A stretch of 64,000 nucleotides of DNA from Octopus vulgaris. Taxonomy: Eukaryota. Where the stretch lies: contig OX597822.1 in NCBI GenBank assembly GCA_951406725.2, positions 71,238,001-71,302,000 on the forward strand. The letters run 5' to 3'. Shown in pieces: positions 1 through 12,461 of this stretch. The translations under genes and the position numbers were made by a program. The notes beneath the pieces are model-generated. The model made no database searches. It saw only the letters and a list, made by a program, of their open reading frames with translations, and was not told the DNA's origin. Position 1 is the first letter of the stretch, and every line of letters begins with the position of its first letter.

Positions 1-1495
1 CCAGTTCTGTTCTTTCTAGAAGAAAACCCTCACGTAACTGAAATGCAATGTCAAACCGAAATTTCAAGTGGTCGTAGTCCTTTGGTGGCGGAGGTACTTT
101 GTGGCTTTTTACATATACAATATATAAATTTACTATAGCTAAATTAACTAAAAACCACAAAATGTACCTCCACCATTTCTTCCCAGGTCGACTACCTGGG
201 TAATATGCCCAATATTGGTCGGAGTTATCAACCCACCCATATATTTGTTATAACAAATATTCACGAGGGGTTTCCCCTCAGCACCAACACCAGGTTGTTC
301 ATTAGAAGACAGAAATAAAATCTGTCTTTTGTCTTTAAAAGCAGTAACCAATAAATTTTCTTTTTGCATTTGTAAAATGTCCACTCATTTTTCTTACCTG
401 TGTAAACATCGAAGTTTCAACAATATCCCGTCTCCGATTCACAAACTTCCCATACCTTGATCCCCCATTTAGTAGATTTGGCAGGTATGGACTGCCGAAA
501 ATGTACTCTGCCCTTATAGCCTATCATGGCTTCATCTTACACTGAGATTTTCCCCAGGTAGATACACAGTTTTATAATTATTAACTAGTAAATCGATTAC
601 AGGACGTACTTTGTACAGGGGATCGTAGTTTGGGTCGTTTTTATTAGGGGTATTAGCAGAATCAGTTAAATGAAAATACTGAGATATTTTCGAATACCTC
701 GTCTTCGACATTATACTCAAAATATATGGATCGCCATACCTTACATCAGGACTCCAATAAGTTCCACAGTCAAGGAAGCTGTTTAATAACAAGCATAATA
801 TTAATTGTAAAAAAACGCTCTCATTTCCGCAGTATTAGTTGGCTGCCATAGTGGATCGTTTCTTCCACGAACAGAAATTGGTAAAAAATTAAACGTTGCG
901 CATATTTGTTTGTTTCCTCCGCAACATTTTCAAAAAAACTTTCGGGTAAAAATAAAAACAGATAGTTTAATGGTTGAGCAACAGGAGGTAAATTGTGTTG
1001 TGGACCATTGTTTTCTGTAAAATCAGAAATAGTGTTTGGTGTTGTAATTTTTGACCATGTTGCCATGTTTACGATATCATTTTCATCACTTTCGTTATCA
1101 AAATGTTCCTCGTCCAACGATTAATAATCACTGATATCGATATCAGATTCATCCGAAGACAAAATACTTTTGTTTTAGTTTATATTTTCTATATCATCAA
1201 TTATAAATCCTTCAAAGTCAGAATCGCTAATTGCTGACGTCATTTCTTTCACAACCAAGGAAAACACTTCTCTTCAAACGTTGTAAAAACCATGTGGTCT
1301 AAACAATTTCACAGTATTTATACTTGAATAAAGACGGGAAAGGCTTCATCTCACATTATCTCAAAGCTACGAGAATTCAATAACGAGATTTGTTCATTTT
1401 TTTAGCGATTTTGTAGAGCTTTCGCATACGGCCGGCTTGAACAAATAAAGGGGAATTAATTTTGGCTGGTTACGGCCGGTTCGAACACTAAAGAG
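1..1495 (-). mobile_element. Degenerate piggyBac-family DNA transposon (DDE_Tnp_1_7-like transposase pseudogene), running off the left edge
   Basis: Minus-strand fragments in piggyBac order: acidic N-terminus MTSAISDSDFEGF from ATG at 1243; PLNYLFLFLPESFFENVAEETNKYA; YWS..MSKTRYSKISQYFHL..DPLYKVRPVIDLL..YLPGENLSV; KWGIKVWEVCESETGY..FDVYTGK; YNKYMGG/DNSDQY..KKWWRYILWFLVNLAIVN. Frameshifts, stops and an internal deletion near 390. Subterminal direct repeats tacggccgg(c/t)t(t/c)gaaca at about 1427 and 1471. Confidence 0.9.
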
Positions 1496-1934
1496 ACAAG
1501 GATACACACACATTGCAGTGAACCAATGATTGTTTCATTGGAAACCTGTAGCCTACATCACAATAGTTTGCCAATTGCTGTCTATACTTCCTATGTCCAT
1601 AGTTTTCAAAGAAGACCAATGGTCCATTATTTAGACACTGATAGCATCTCTTAAAATCTCAGCAACAGAGGATGTAGGTGATGAAAATATAGGGGCTATT
1701 CTCATCTTTGTTACACCTTCTGTGCACCTTCATCATTGCTGATAAGCTTCACGGTTTCAAATTTTAGCACTAAGCCAACAATTTTAAGGAAGTGTGTAAA
1801 TCAACTATTGGGTCATCCCATAAGTAATGTTCGGACGTCTGTATTTTCAATTTGTAAACACTTTAACTGTAGTTTAGAATGTCCAATGGCATCAAGTAAT
1901 ATTTTTTTATGTATTTGGACATATTTAAATTAAA

Positions 1935-2308
1935 GGCGCAGGAGTGGCTGTGTGGTAAGTAGCTTGCTTACCAGCCACATGGTTCTGGGTTCAGTCTCAC
2001 TACGTGGCACCGTGGGCAAGTGTCCTCTACTATAGCATCGGGCCGACCAAAGCTTTGTAAGTGGATTTGGTGGACAGAAACTGAAAGAAGCCCATCGTAT
2101 ATATATGTGTGTGTGTTTGTCCCCCACCATTGCTTGACAACGATGCTGGTGTGTTTATGCCCCTGTAACTTAGCGGTTCGGCTAAAAAGACCGATAGAAT
2201 AAGTACTAGGATTACAAAGAATAAGTCCTGGGGTCTATTTGTTCAACTAAAGGCGGTGCTCCAGCATGCCCGCAGTCAAATGAATGAAAGAAGTAAAAGA
2301 ATAAAAGG
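1935..2308 (+). mobile_element. tRNA-derived SINE, family 1 (octopus-type), inserted in mariner
   Basis: Head ggcgcaggagtggctgtgtggtaagtagcttgc..ggttctgggttcagtc (A/B-box-like), internal TA/TG microsatellite, aaaaga-type tail; about 20 full or partial copies in the window. Confidence 0.85.
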
Positions 2309-3146
2309 ATAATTAAATTTCATTTTACAGGATAATCTAATTGAAATTTCATTAATTACAGTTCTTCAAACACGGAAGTGTCTAAGGAGCATTTGATGCA
2401 CATAATGCTTTATGAAGAGATTCAAAATATACCCTCAGCTTATGTAGAAGAGTGCCTGAATGAAAGGACTTGCAGTTTGTAAAATTCAGAAGTGGAGATT
2501 TCAGCCTTGAAGATGAGGCCTGAACAGGACAGCCAACTGAGTCTGATGACAAGCTCCTTTTGGTAGAACTTGGAATAGACCATGCAGTTTCAGCTGAAGA
2601 ATTAGCATGCAAACATCGTTCAAACCATACAACTGTTCACTGCTATCTTCAACAGCCTAGAAAGGTCCCAAAACTTGGAAAATAGGTGCCTCATGATTTG
2701 TCTGAAGCCAATCACAAATCCCAAGTAGACATTTGCTCTTCTTTTTGTTCTTGTGAACTCATGTCACCCTTTTTGATAGACTTGTGACCGATGCTGAAAA
2801 ATGGGTCTTTTATCTTTTTGGCTTGGTGAAAGGGAAAAGGCCCAACCCCAACTGAAAAGGAAACTCCATGCAAAGAAGATTCTTCTCTGGGATTGCAAAG
2901 AAGTCATCCACTTGAGTTGCTACCAATTAATGCAACAATCAAAGTGCAAATCAACTGTCAGTAATTAGAGGGTTTGAACATTGCTTTGAAGAAAAAAAGC
3001 CTACTTTACTAAACCAAAAGGGAGTGGTGTTTCATCAGGACAATGTTAAACCCCACACTGCAAAGATCGCATCACAGAAGATTGAAGAACTTGGCTGGGA
3101 GAAAATTGTTCATCCACCTTATTCCTTCAAATTACCATTTGTTCCA

Positions 3147-3328
3147 TAGTGCTTCTTAAACTATGGGTCGTGACCCCATTTGGGGTTGCGAAGCAAGATG
3201 CTGGGGTCACGAAAATTAATTTCAAACACTTGAATTTCAGTTCATATGTTATTTCACAAATGTATATTTAATACCTGGGGGTCACGGAAAATCTTGTGAT
3301 GAATAATGGGGTCATGAATGAAGCACTG
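3147..3328. mobile_element. hAT-like MITE inserted in the mariner transposase
   Basis: Termini tagtgcttc...gaagcactg with repeated ggggtcac/gtgacccc subterminal motifs; it splits the mariner LFHS|LQNH coding stretch. Confidence 0.7.
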
Positions 3329-3530
3329 GTTTACAGAATCATTTGGATGGATTAACTCTGAAAACAGCTGAACAAGTTGAAACTCACCTTTCAGAGTTCT
3401 ACTCTTCGAAACTGAAAGAGTTTTTTACTAATGGGATTAAAAGGTTCACAAACAGATGGAAAGATGTCGTAGATACTCATGGAAACTATTTTGCTGATTA
3501 AGTTTCATTAAAATGTAAGATTTGATCACT

Positions 3531-3913
3531 TACTCTTTTTACTTGTTTCAGTCATTTAACTGTGGCCATGCTGGAGCACCACATTTAGTTGAGCAAATCG
3601 ACCCCAGGAATTATTCTTTGTAAGCCTAGTACTTATTCTATTGGTCTCTTTTGCCGAACTGCTAAGTTACGGGGATATAAACATACCAGCATCGGTTGTC
3701 AAGTGATGTTGGGGGGACAAACACAAACACATAAACACACACACACATACATATATATATGACGGGCTTCTTTCAGTTTCCATCTACCAAATCCACTCAC
3801 AAGGTTTTGGTCAGCCCGAGGCTATAGTAGAAGATACTTGCCCAAAGTGTCATGCAGTGGGAATGAACCCGGAACCATGTGGTTGGTAAGCAAGCTACTT
3901 ACCACACAGCCAT
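3531..3913 (-). mobile_element. SINE family 1, inserted just inside the mariner right TIR
   Basis: Reverse-complement match to the 1935-2308 copy over its full length. Confidence 0.85.
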
Positions 3914-4309
3914 ACCTTTTTTAAAATCCAGACATTACTTATGGGATAACCTGGTACATTGTCCAATTGGCACATATTTGGAGATGCATGAAGGATGCCA
4001 AAGAGGGCACCAGACTGTCTGAGGATCTTCATTCATTGATTTGCTGCCAAGGTTTGTTCTTCTTGCCTTTTCCTTTCCCAAGACATTCACAAGACAATGA
4101 ATGTTTGTGCTTGGAGTCTCCTCCATAATATGCTAATTAACCCCGAACTGAGATCCTGATAGGTGTCATTACGCCAGGTCAGAGTAGACTAAGGAACAAA
4201 GGTGAGCAAGCAGTGATTCCATACTCCTCAAAACCCTGAAACTCCCAGACCAAGGCCTTAATTCCAGGTGCAATTCAAAGTCATACCCAAGAGATAATTA
4301 ATTGATACA

Positions 4310-4810
4310 CATCTTTGTTATGAAAAATAGCCTTGCCCAAAATTCGTGTACAATTCTTCAAGTATTTTTCATCAATCCCGTTAAGAAATGCTTCAATAAA
4401 ACCATAAAAGCTTCAGGAGTTGAAAGCACCAGTTCTATTTAAAGCAAATTTTTCCCACTTTCTTCCATAACACAACACATATCTATATTTTGGAAATACA
4501 ATCTGGATACTGTCCTCATACACAAAATTGTTCAATCTTTAGATCTTATGCAAGTATGGAACCAAACATCATCAATAAAAACATTTCTATCAAAAGATCT
4601 TGAAATACTCTGGCATAGCTTATTCTATGTGTCATATTCTCAGCAGTTAAAACAGTTTCAGAAATCACTTTACACCTCATGAATGTGTAAGAGATTTTTA
4701 AGGAATTTATCAACATTTGTTTTTGACAGCTTCACATTAAAATGTCAAAACCATTTTTTGTTTCTTTAGATTTTGTATAAAGTTTCTCATTTCTTCCAGA
4801 ATTTTCCTGT
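4310..4810 (-). pseudogene. Highly decayed IS630/Tc1-like (DDE_3) transposase fragment
   Basis: Minus-strand reading GAFNS*SFYGFIEAFLNGIDEKYLKNCTRILGKAIFH resembles G-x-F-N..F..F...ILDNAxFH; RISYARVF upstream; many stops. Confidence 0.45.
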
Positions 4811-5533
4811 TTCCACTCCCACCCTCTAACCCCAGATTTGTTCTGTATGATACAACCCTCCTGTTTGTATATTTGAATAATAGTTTGAAGAATATCTAAA
4901 ACAGAAGCAATTACAATCACAGTATGACTGTCATCACAATTTGACACGATTACTCATTGAAATTCCAGTTCTGTGTCTTTGGTTCACCATTTTGGATAAT
5001 GAACAAATTTCAGTTGACAATAATGAAATTAAAGTTTACGACAAAATTGAAGTTGAAGCTGGCATAATTGAGACACCTGATGGCATGATTGCAATTGACG
5101 ATAATGAGATTAAGGCTCACAGTGTCTTGATTGAGGTTGATAATGTTGAATTTGAGGGGGAAGCCCTTCATCATCATCATCACCATCATCATTTAAGGTC
5201 CCCTTTTCCATGCTGGCATGGGTTGGCTGGTTTCACATATAGATATATGCATGCATATACATATGTATATGTATATAGTAGAGTTTATTTGCCAACAGAA
5301 TTTGGTGGTCCTATAAAAGACAATGTTAGTGTTGTTTAAGCTCCAGGAAAACATCTTTTCCAGCTGGCTATCGACATACAGTCTGGGGCTTAAACAACAG
5401 TACCACCATCCTTTATAGGACCAACACATTCTGTTGGCAAATAAATTGTGCATGTATGTGTATATGTATCTCTCTCTCTCTCTCTCGCTCACTCTCTCTC
5501 TCTCTCTTTCTATATATATATATATATATATAT

Positions 5534-6005
5534 AAAATACAAAAATGGGACAAGAACGCAAAACATCCAGACAGACGATACAAAGAAGACATAGACGGGT
5601 CATTTGGAGTTTTCTTTCCTCAGTCGAGTTCCTGATTATCTTTGCAATTTCGGCTGGTTATACTTGAGATTGCTCCAATCTGGCCAGCCCCAAGGAAAAA
5701 CTAAGCTAAGAGTATTAGATTCCTTGGATGAAAGCAGCGAATGTATATGAAAACAAAGACGAAAAATATTCCCAGGAATCTAACGCTCTTAGCTTAGTTT
5801 TTTCTTGGGGCTGGCCAGATTGGAGCAATCTCGAGTATAACCAGCCGAAATTGCAAAGATAATCTGGAACTTGACTGAGGAAAGAAAACTCCGAATTACC
5901 CATCCTTGTTTTCTTTGTATTGTCTATCTGGATGTTTTGTTGTCTCTTTTTTGTATCACCTAACTGTCTGGATGCTTTGCATTCTTGTCCCATTTTTGTA
6001 TTTTT
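5534..6005. repeat. Long inverted repeat (arms about 190 bp, spacer about 45 bp) between (TA)n tracts
   Basis: 5534-5728 is the reverse complement of about 5770-6005 (right arm has a small internal duplication); a diverged one-arm relative lies at about 23085-23320. Confidence 0.85.
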
Positions 6006-6043
6006 TATATATAAAAATATAGCAGTGTATGTATGTTTGATCT

Positions 6044-6104
<61 letters not shown>

Positions 6105-6129
6105 GCATATATATATTTATGTGTATATA

Positions 6130-6166
<37 letters not shown>

Positions 6167-6173
6167 TTATACA

Positions 6174-6204
<31 letters not shown>

Positions 6205-6356
6205 GCATATATATATTTATGTATATGTATGTATATATATATGTATATATATATGTATATATATATATATGTATATCTATAAAGAAAAGGAAAGAAGAGA
6301 ATTTCGATTATCCTTACACATGTATGTGTATATGTGTGTGTATGTCTATATGCCTC

Positions 6357-6397
<41 letters not shown>

Positions 6398-6802
6398 TCT
6401 TTTACTCTTTTACTCTTTTACTTGTTTCAGTCATTTGACTGCGGCCATGCTGGAGCACCGCCTTTAGTCGAGCAAATCGACCCCGGGACTTATTCTTTGT
6501 AAGCCCAGTACTTATTCTATCGGTCTCTTTTTTGCCGAACCGCTAAGTAACGGGGACGTAAACACACCAGCATCGGTTGTCAAGCAATGCTAGGGGGACA
6601 AACACAGACACACAAACACACATACATATATATACATATATACGACAGGCTTCTTTCAGTTTCCGTCTACCAAATCCACTCACAAGGCATTGGTCGGCCC
6701 GGGGCTATAGCAGAAGACACTCGCCCAAGATGCCACGCAGTGGGACTGAACCCGGAACCATGTGGTTGGTTAGCAAGCTACTTACCACACAGCCACTCCT
6801 GT
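6398..6802 (-). mobile_element. SINE family 1, near-consensus full-length copy
   Basis: Complete head-to-tail copy retaining CpGs and a (tactcttt)n tail. Other copies at about 8424-8820(+), 14745-15110(-), 18484-18918(-), 20411-20570(-), 25140-25560(+), 32495-32990(+), 33937-34100(+), 37994-38662(+), 40908-41072(-), 55190-55830(+), 63720-63880(+). Confidence 0.9.
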
Positions 6803-8575
6803 ATAAATGTATAATATATACACATATATGATGAGTTGCTTTTAGTTTTTAATCTTCGAAATACACTCACAGGTCTTTGGTTGACCTGGGATTATAGTAG
6901 AAAACATTTTTTCAGAGTGCAACACAATGGGATTGAACCTGATAGCACATGATTTAAAAACTATCTTTTAAACCACACAACCATAATAAATACAGATTAA
7001 CTTCAACAGTTCTTTATTTATATACAGCTACGATTTCACAGAATAAAGACAGGCTGTTTTATATTTTTATGTTTGAAAATGGGAAAAAAATGGATATTGC
7101 AGCCAGCTGGCATGGAAAATAGATATAAAATATTTAATCCTTATCTAATCTTTAGCACTAAAACATTTCATGAAAGATTGCTCTAAGGAAGGCTAGAAAA
7201 CAAAAAAACCTAAGATAAAAAAAAATTCCATTTTATTTTTTTTTTTGTTAACAATCTTCAGGTCCGTACAATGCAGATTTTGACTTGCAAAAAAAATCTC
7301 AAAATACAGAAATACAAACTTGAAAAAAAAAAAAAAATGAAAATCTGAAATTTTTCTTCAAATGATGGCTATTGACACCCAACTTCATATCTCAGATATT
7401 TTTTAATTTATATTTCGTCGATTTATTTTTTTTTTCCTCCCTTTTCCAGAATGGGTTTTGGCATTTGGCATTGATCCATTAAAGGTCAGATATGGAGAAA
7501 GATCAATAACATTAGGTTATATCAAACAATAAGTAACTGCTGCAACAAATGGCAGTGAGAGAAGATTTGGATCAATTTTCTGATCTTGGAGATTTCAACA
7601 TTACCCTCTTTCTTACACATATTCTCTCTCTCTCTCTCACACACACTCACATACACAACACACACACATGCACATGCACACTCTCACACACACAAATGTG
7701 CGCGCACATGCACATTCTCACACACACATGCGCACACACAAACATACATTCACTCACACACACACACACAAATGCACATCCACACTCTCACACACACATA
7801 TACACACATGCACACACACACATTCACTCACACACACATGCACACACAAATGTGCACACACACATGCACACTCTCACACATACACTCACACACTATCACA
7901 CACATACACGCCCCCCCCCCCCAACTTCTGTATATTTTTAATAGACATCTATCTTATTAATATTAGTATTAATAGTTATTGCGGTTTCTTCTTGTTGTTA
8001 TTGTTTATCACCCTCCACCCTCTATCATCTGCTTGCTACACCCATGTCCCTTTTTCTCCAAGTAAAATTATGCCAAAATTTACCAAATTTAAAAAGAATC
8101 AACATGACATTTTCCCCATAAATCTTTTTTTATTTTTAGGAAATCTCTTCACTCATTGTCACTACAGAATTAACTTTGAAATCTTGTAGAAATGATGTAT
8201 AGGGTATGTCAGAGATACTGCCTAGCTGCTGTCCTTGGTCTGTTGAGGGCTTATAAAGTAGAAAGGGTTGGTTGTTGTACAAACGATGGCATAATGCCTA
8301 GATGGTTTTCTTTAGTTGTCAGAGATGGTAGTGATACTGAAATTTAGTAGTATGATGCTGGAGGTGGTCTAGTGATATAGTAAACTATAATAGTGTACTG
8401 GTAGTAGTTATGATACTATTTGTAGCTGTGTGGTAAGTAGCTTGTTTATGAACTACATGGTTCCGGGTTCAGTACCACTGCATGGCACCTTGGGCAAGTG
8501 TCTTCTACTATAGCCTCGGGCCGACCAAAGCTTTGTGAGCGGATTTGGTAGACGGAAACTTAAAAGAAGCCTGTC

Positions 8576-8619
<44 letters not shown>

Positions 8620-9589
8620 GTATGTATGTATGTATGTGTGTATATGTTTGTGTGTCTGTGTTTTCCCCCCAAACATCTCTTGACAACTGATGTTGGTGTG
8701 TTTACATCCCCATAACTTAGCGGTTTGGCAAAAGAGACTGATAGAATAAGTACAAGGCTTACAAAGAATAAGTCCTAGGGTCGATGTGCTTGACTAAAGG
8801 CGACTGAAACAAGTAAAAGAGTTGTTTTGTGGTTTTCATTGCAGACTTGCATGCAGTGTAGATGAGTGGTTGAAGCTTGCTTTGCTGTCATGAATTTTAG
8901 GGAGCAGGCCAACCATGTAACTCAGGTGTCTTTTATTACTGCCTCAGATGAACCCGAGCATTGGGAATAGATGAAAACTGCGAGGAAGCCTGCTGAGTGG
9001 ATCACACACACACACACACACATGATAGGCTTCTTTCTGTTTCCGTTTACCAGATCCACTCACAATGCTTATGACCATGTGTCACATCTACATCCAGGGA
9101 GTTATTTTATATCAGCAACACCACAAGGGCAGCAAGAAATAAGGATATGTGTGTATATATACATATGGACACACACACACACACACACACGTATAATGCA
9201 TATGTATAATGCTGGCAATGTGCTAAAACTAGAAAGATTCAGGCTTGTCCCTCACTATGTCATGATGATTCTGCTGGAAAATAACATTAAAGGTACACAT
9301 GTCTGTGGAATATTCAGCCACACACACTTTAAGTCAATGAGCAGGTTGTTCAATTGATTGAAAAAACTGAAAACCCAACATTGAAACCGTTGGAAATCTA
9401 TTTAATTTGCTTTGACTTGATCGATAGTAAAGGTCATGGAGGCCACTGACCAAGGACTGTAGACAGGAACTTCCTGTGGGCTAGCTGATGAGCTGGTCAG
9501 CAGGAAAAAGGAACTTTCAGTTAGGTGGGAAATAAGACTGAGATGTTAGAGTGTTGATTGTATTCGCCCTCACAGTATGTAGCTGAATG

Positions 9590-10305
9590 AAACAAAAATA
9601 AACAAGGCAACACCAACGTCCTCTTAACGATTAGCTGGAGATGATTTTTAAAATGAGAATATCTGAAATAAACTCGATTGCTCTCACAGACGAGAATACT
9701 AAAAATGAACCCGACCACTCTCAAAAAATTAAGAAAAAGGAAACAGGAAACATAATCCAGTATCCTTGACTAGTACTGGATTGATCCCAAAATCTAATCA
9801 ATTCATGCTAGTCATTAGGACAAACATTCCTGAGTTTCATCTGGATCTACCCCGTAGTTCTTGAGATATCTCATCTATGGACAGACAAACAAACACGGCT
9901 GAAAACATTACCTCCACATTTGCTAAGGTGGAAATAATGATAATAATGATAACAATAGCACTCGGAGAATGTAAACTTCCACTAAGGCAACACAAACGTC
10001 CTCTCAACCATTAGCTGGAGATGATTTTTAAAATGAAGATATCTGAAATAAACTCGACTGCTCTCACAAATGAGAATACTAGAAATGAACCTGACCGCTC
10101 TCAAAAATTTAAAAAACAGGAAAAATGATCCAGTATCCTTGACTAGTACTGGATTCATCCCAAAATCTAATCAGTTCATGCTAGCCACTAGGCCAAACAT
10201 TCCTGAAAGTTTCACTGTGTCAATCCTGTGGTTCTTGAGATATCTTGTTCATGGACAAACAAACACAACTGAAAACAATATCTTCGCCTTTCAGGGCGAA
10301 TAATA
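9590..10305 (-). mobile_element. Two tandem copies of a Helentron/DINE-like non-autonomous repeat
   Basis: Two copies of about 350 bp matching the plus-strand copy at 39301-39680; partial copy at about 24925-25140. Class assignment is inferred from architecture (subterminal hairpins, gttt microsatellite, tandem copies). Confidence 0.55.
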
Positions 10306-10469
10306 ATTCACTGACACACTCTTGTTGCTGGTTGTTTTTGTGTATAGCTTAACTAAGCTATAGTCAGATGCTTTATTTTCATATTTGGTTGGCAAGATTC
10401 TTGATGTGAACTTGTGTGTTGAAACATATTTTGTTGTACTTTTTTTTTAGCAGGGGAATCATTAGGTTA

Positions 10470-10665
10470 TAATGGTTTCAAATTTTGGCACAAGGCCAAC
10501 AATTTTGGGAGAGGGGATGAAGTCAATTACATCTACCCCAGTACTCAACTGGTACTTATTTTATCGACCCTAAAAGGATGAACAGCAAAGTCAACTTTAG
10601 CTGAATTTCTACTCAGATGAATTGCTGCTCAGCATGCTAACAATTCTGTCAGCTTGCCACCTTAC
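10470..10665 (-). mobile_element. SINE family 2 (ctttcatcctttcggggtcgataaa core)
   Basis: Matches the copies at 45975-46230, 50830-51050(-), 55394-55604(+), 59335-59555(+) and 62255-62447(-). Confidence 0.8.
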
Positions 10666-11144
10666 ATTAAGCTAATAGTAACATATGCACAAAATTTTTT
10701 CATGTCGTTATATTTATTAGTTAATTAAGTTACAAGTCAATTCATTTTTACAAGTCAGTTCTTGATTTTTACCAATCAATTCAACCTCAATACTTATTTT
10801 TTAAAGTCTGATCTTTACTTAATTAAAGATCTGATTTTTACTTAATTAAAGATCTGACTTTTATTTGATTTTTATCTCTCCACTCTGAAGACAGAGTTCA
10901 GATCTTTCCAATGTTTATTTGCTTCCATTACTGGTTGCACGTTCTGCAGAACTACATCTGCCAACATTATGAAGTAACTCCAACTCCTCAGAAACAGCTG
11001 TCAGGCTTCTAACACCAGACCTTTTCCCCTTTAATTTTCTGTGTCTTTGTACTCTATGCAAGTTTGCTGTGTTAATATCTATCTATCTATCTATCTCTCT
11101 ATATATATATGTGCATAGATATATATATATATTGTCATGATTGA

Positions 11145-11197
<53 letters not shown>

Positions 11198-11299
11198 GGA
11201 GTAAACACATAAATGTGAAACAAGGTGGAAAAAAGAGTACTCAAATACCAGTGGTAGAGTAATATGCTTTATTTAAAGCAGCAGAAAATTCAACAAAAT

Positions 11300-11337
11300 C
11301 TGTTAGTCTGAGTTTCTCGTTGCCGTTCATCAGACAG
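11300..11337 (-). ncRNA. Minimal type-I hammerhead ribozyme motif (family A, minus arm of palindrome)
   Basis: Reverse complement: ctgt CTGATGA acg-gcaa-cga GAAA ctcagac TA acag; stem I ctgt/acag. Confidence 0.65.
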
Positions 11338-11355
11338 TTTTTGCTAGAAACTGAA

Positions 11356-11393
11356 CTGTCTGATGAACGGCAACGAGAAATTCAGAGTAACAG
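11356..11393 (+). ncRNA. Minimal type-I hammerhead ribozyme motif (family A, plus arm)
   Basis: ctgt CTGATGA acg-gcaa-cga GAAA ttcagag TA acag; GUA cleavage triplet, quasi-palindromic stem III. Confidence 0.7.
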
Positions 11394-12119
11394 ATTTTGT
11401 TGAATTTTCTGCTGCTTTAAATAAAGTATATATATATATATATATATCACCATGATTGACCGCTAAATCCACAAGTTTTTTTGTTCTCTCTCTGTTTATT
11501 TCCTCGTGTTCCTTTCAGTTGTAGAGCGTAGCTCGAAACGTAAAAGACTTTCTCACCTTCCTGAGTATCAAACTGATACACCTGCTTGTTGTTTATACAC
11601 CTGTCTTCATCTTTTGTTTTTCTGTAAATTTCAACTATATATATATATATATACTTGAATATTCATCATCTGAAAATTTTCACTCGTTACTTTCTCTCTA
11701 TTTACATGTATACATGTATATCCTCATCATCATCACCATCATCATCATCATTTAACGTCTGTTGTCCATACTGGCATGGGTTGGACAGTTTTATCAGGAC
11801 TGGCAAGCTGGAAGGCTGCACCATATATATATATATATATATTGCCATTTGCCATGATAAATCGCTAGCCACTAAACCTTTTTCTATTTTTCCTCCCTGT
11901 TTATTTCTGTGTTCCTTTCTGTCGAAGAGCGTAGGCTCACAGCTTAAAAGACTTTCTCACTTCCCGAGTGTTAAACTAATACATGTTTGTTGTTTATACA
12001 CCCGTCTTCATCTTTTGTTTTTTTGTAAATTCTCACTATATATATATATGTTAAATAAAATAAGATAAGAAGGCCAAGGCCATGTGATATTTCTAGGACA
12101 TTTATAAAGAGAAAGGTGG

Positions 12120-12164
12120 TCTTACAGCTGTTTCAGGGAAAAAATGACATCCCATCATCAGAGA
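12120..12164 (-). ncRNA. Minimal type-I hammerhead ribozyme motif (family B, minus arm)
   Basis: Reverse complement: tct CTGATGA t ggga..tccc t GAAA cagctg TA aga; palindromic stem III acagctgt. Confidence 0.75.
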
Positions 12165-12413
12165 TGAGTTACGAGAGTTTCAATAAAAGGAATTAGTAGA
12201 ATACATTTTACAAGAACTTACACACCATGGACAAGAAGCCTCTTTACCCATTCTACAATGCAGATTCCTTGGATAATGGAACAGCAACTTTAACATCCAA
12301 CGTGTATTTTTATTTTCATATTTCCCTTTATATTTTCCATATCTCTCCCTTTTCAAAATAACTTCTTATATAATGAACCCTACTAATTCCTTCTATTGAA
12401 ATTCTTTTACCTT

Positions 12414-12461
12414 GTTTCTGATGATGGGACATCATTTATTTCCCTGAAACAGCTGTAAGAC
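12414..12461 (+). ncRNA. Minimal type-I hammerhead ribozyme motif (family B, plus arm)
   Basis: gttt CTGATGA t ggga-catcatttatt-tccc t GAAA cagctg TA agac; intact core, GUA site, palindromic stem III. Confidence 0.8.

Larger units (their letters stand above)
1808..3954 (+). mobile_element. Degenerate mariner transposon with TIRs and TA target sites, interrupted by two SINEs and a hAT MITE
   Basis: Left TA|ttgggtcatcccataagtaatgttcgg matches the reverse complement of right ccagacattacttatgggataacctgg|TA. Motifs FRSGDFSLEDE, KLGK*VPHDLSE, LVTDAEKWVFY, VVFHQDNVKPH, LGWEKIVHPPYS, LFHSLQNHLDG, GNYFAD*. Confidence 0.9.

Noticed and set aside
5860-5905. ctgaggaaag..cgaa as a hammerhead, or the upstream segment as a twister ribozyme
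   Set aside because: No GAAA in register, stems I and II do not pair, and the twister pseudoknot pairings could not be built.
5920-6502. ORFs rich in YIYI, CVCV or THTH (also about 13000-13660, 19000-19500, 27000-27600, 41500-43300, 47300-47660)
   Set aside because: Translations of (TA)n, (CA)n and (TACA)n microsatellites that lack stop codons.
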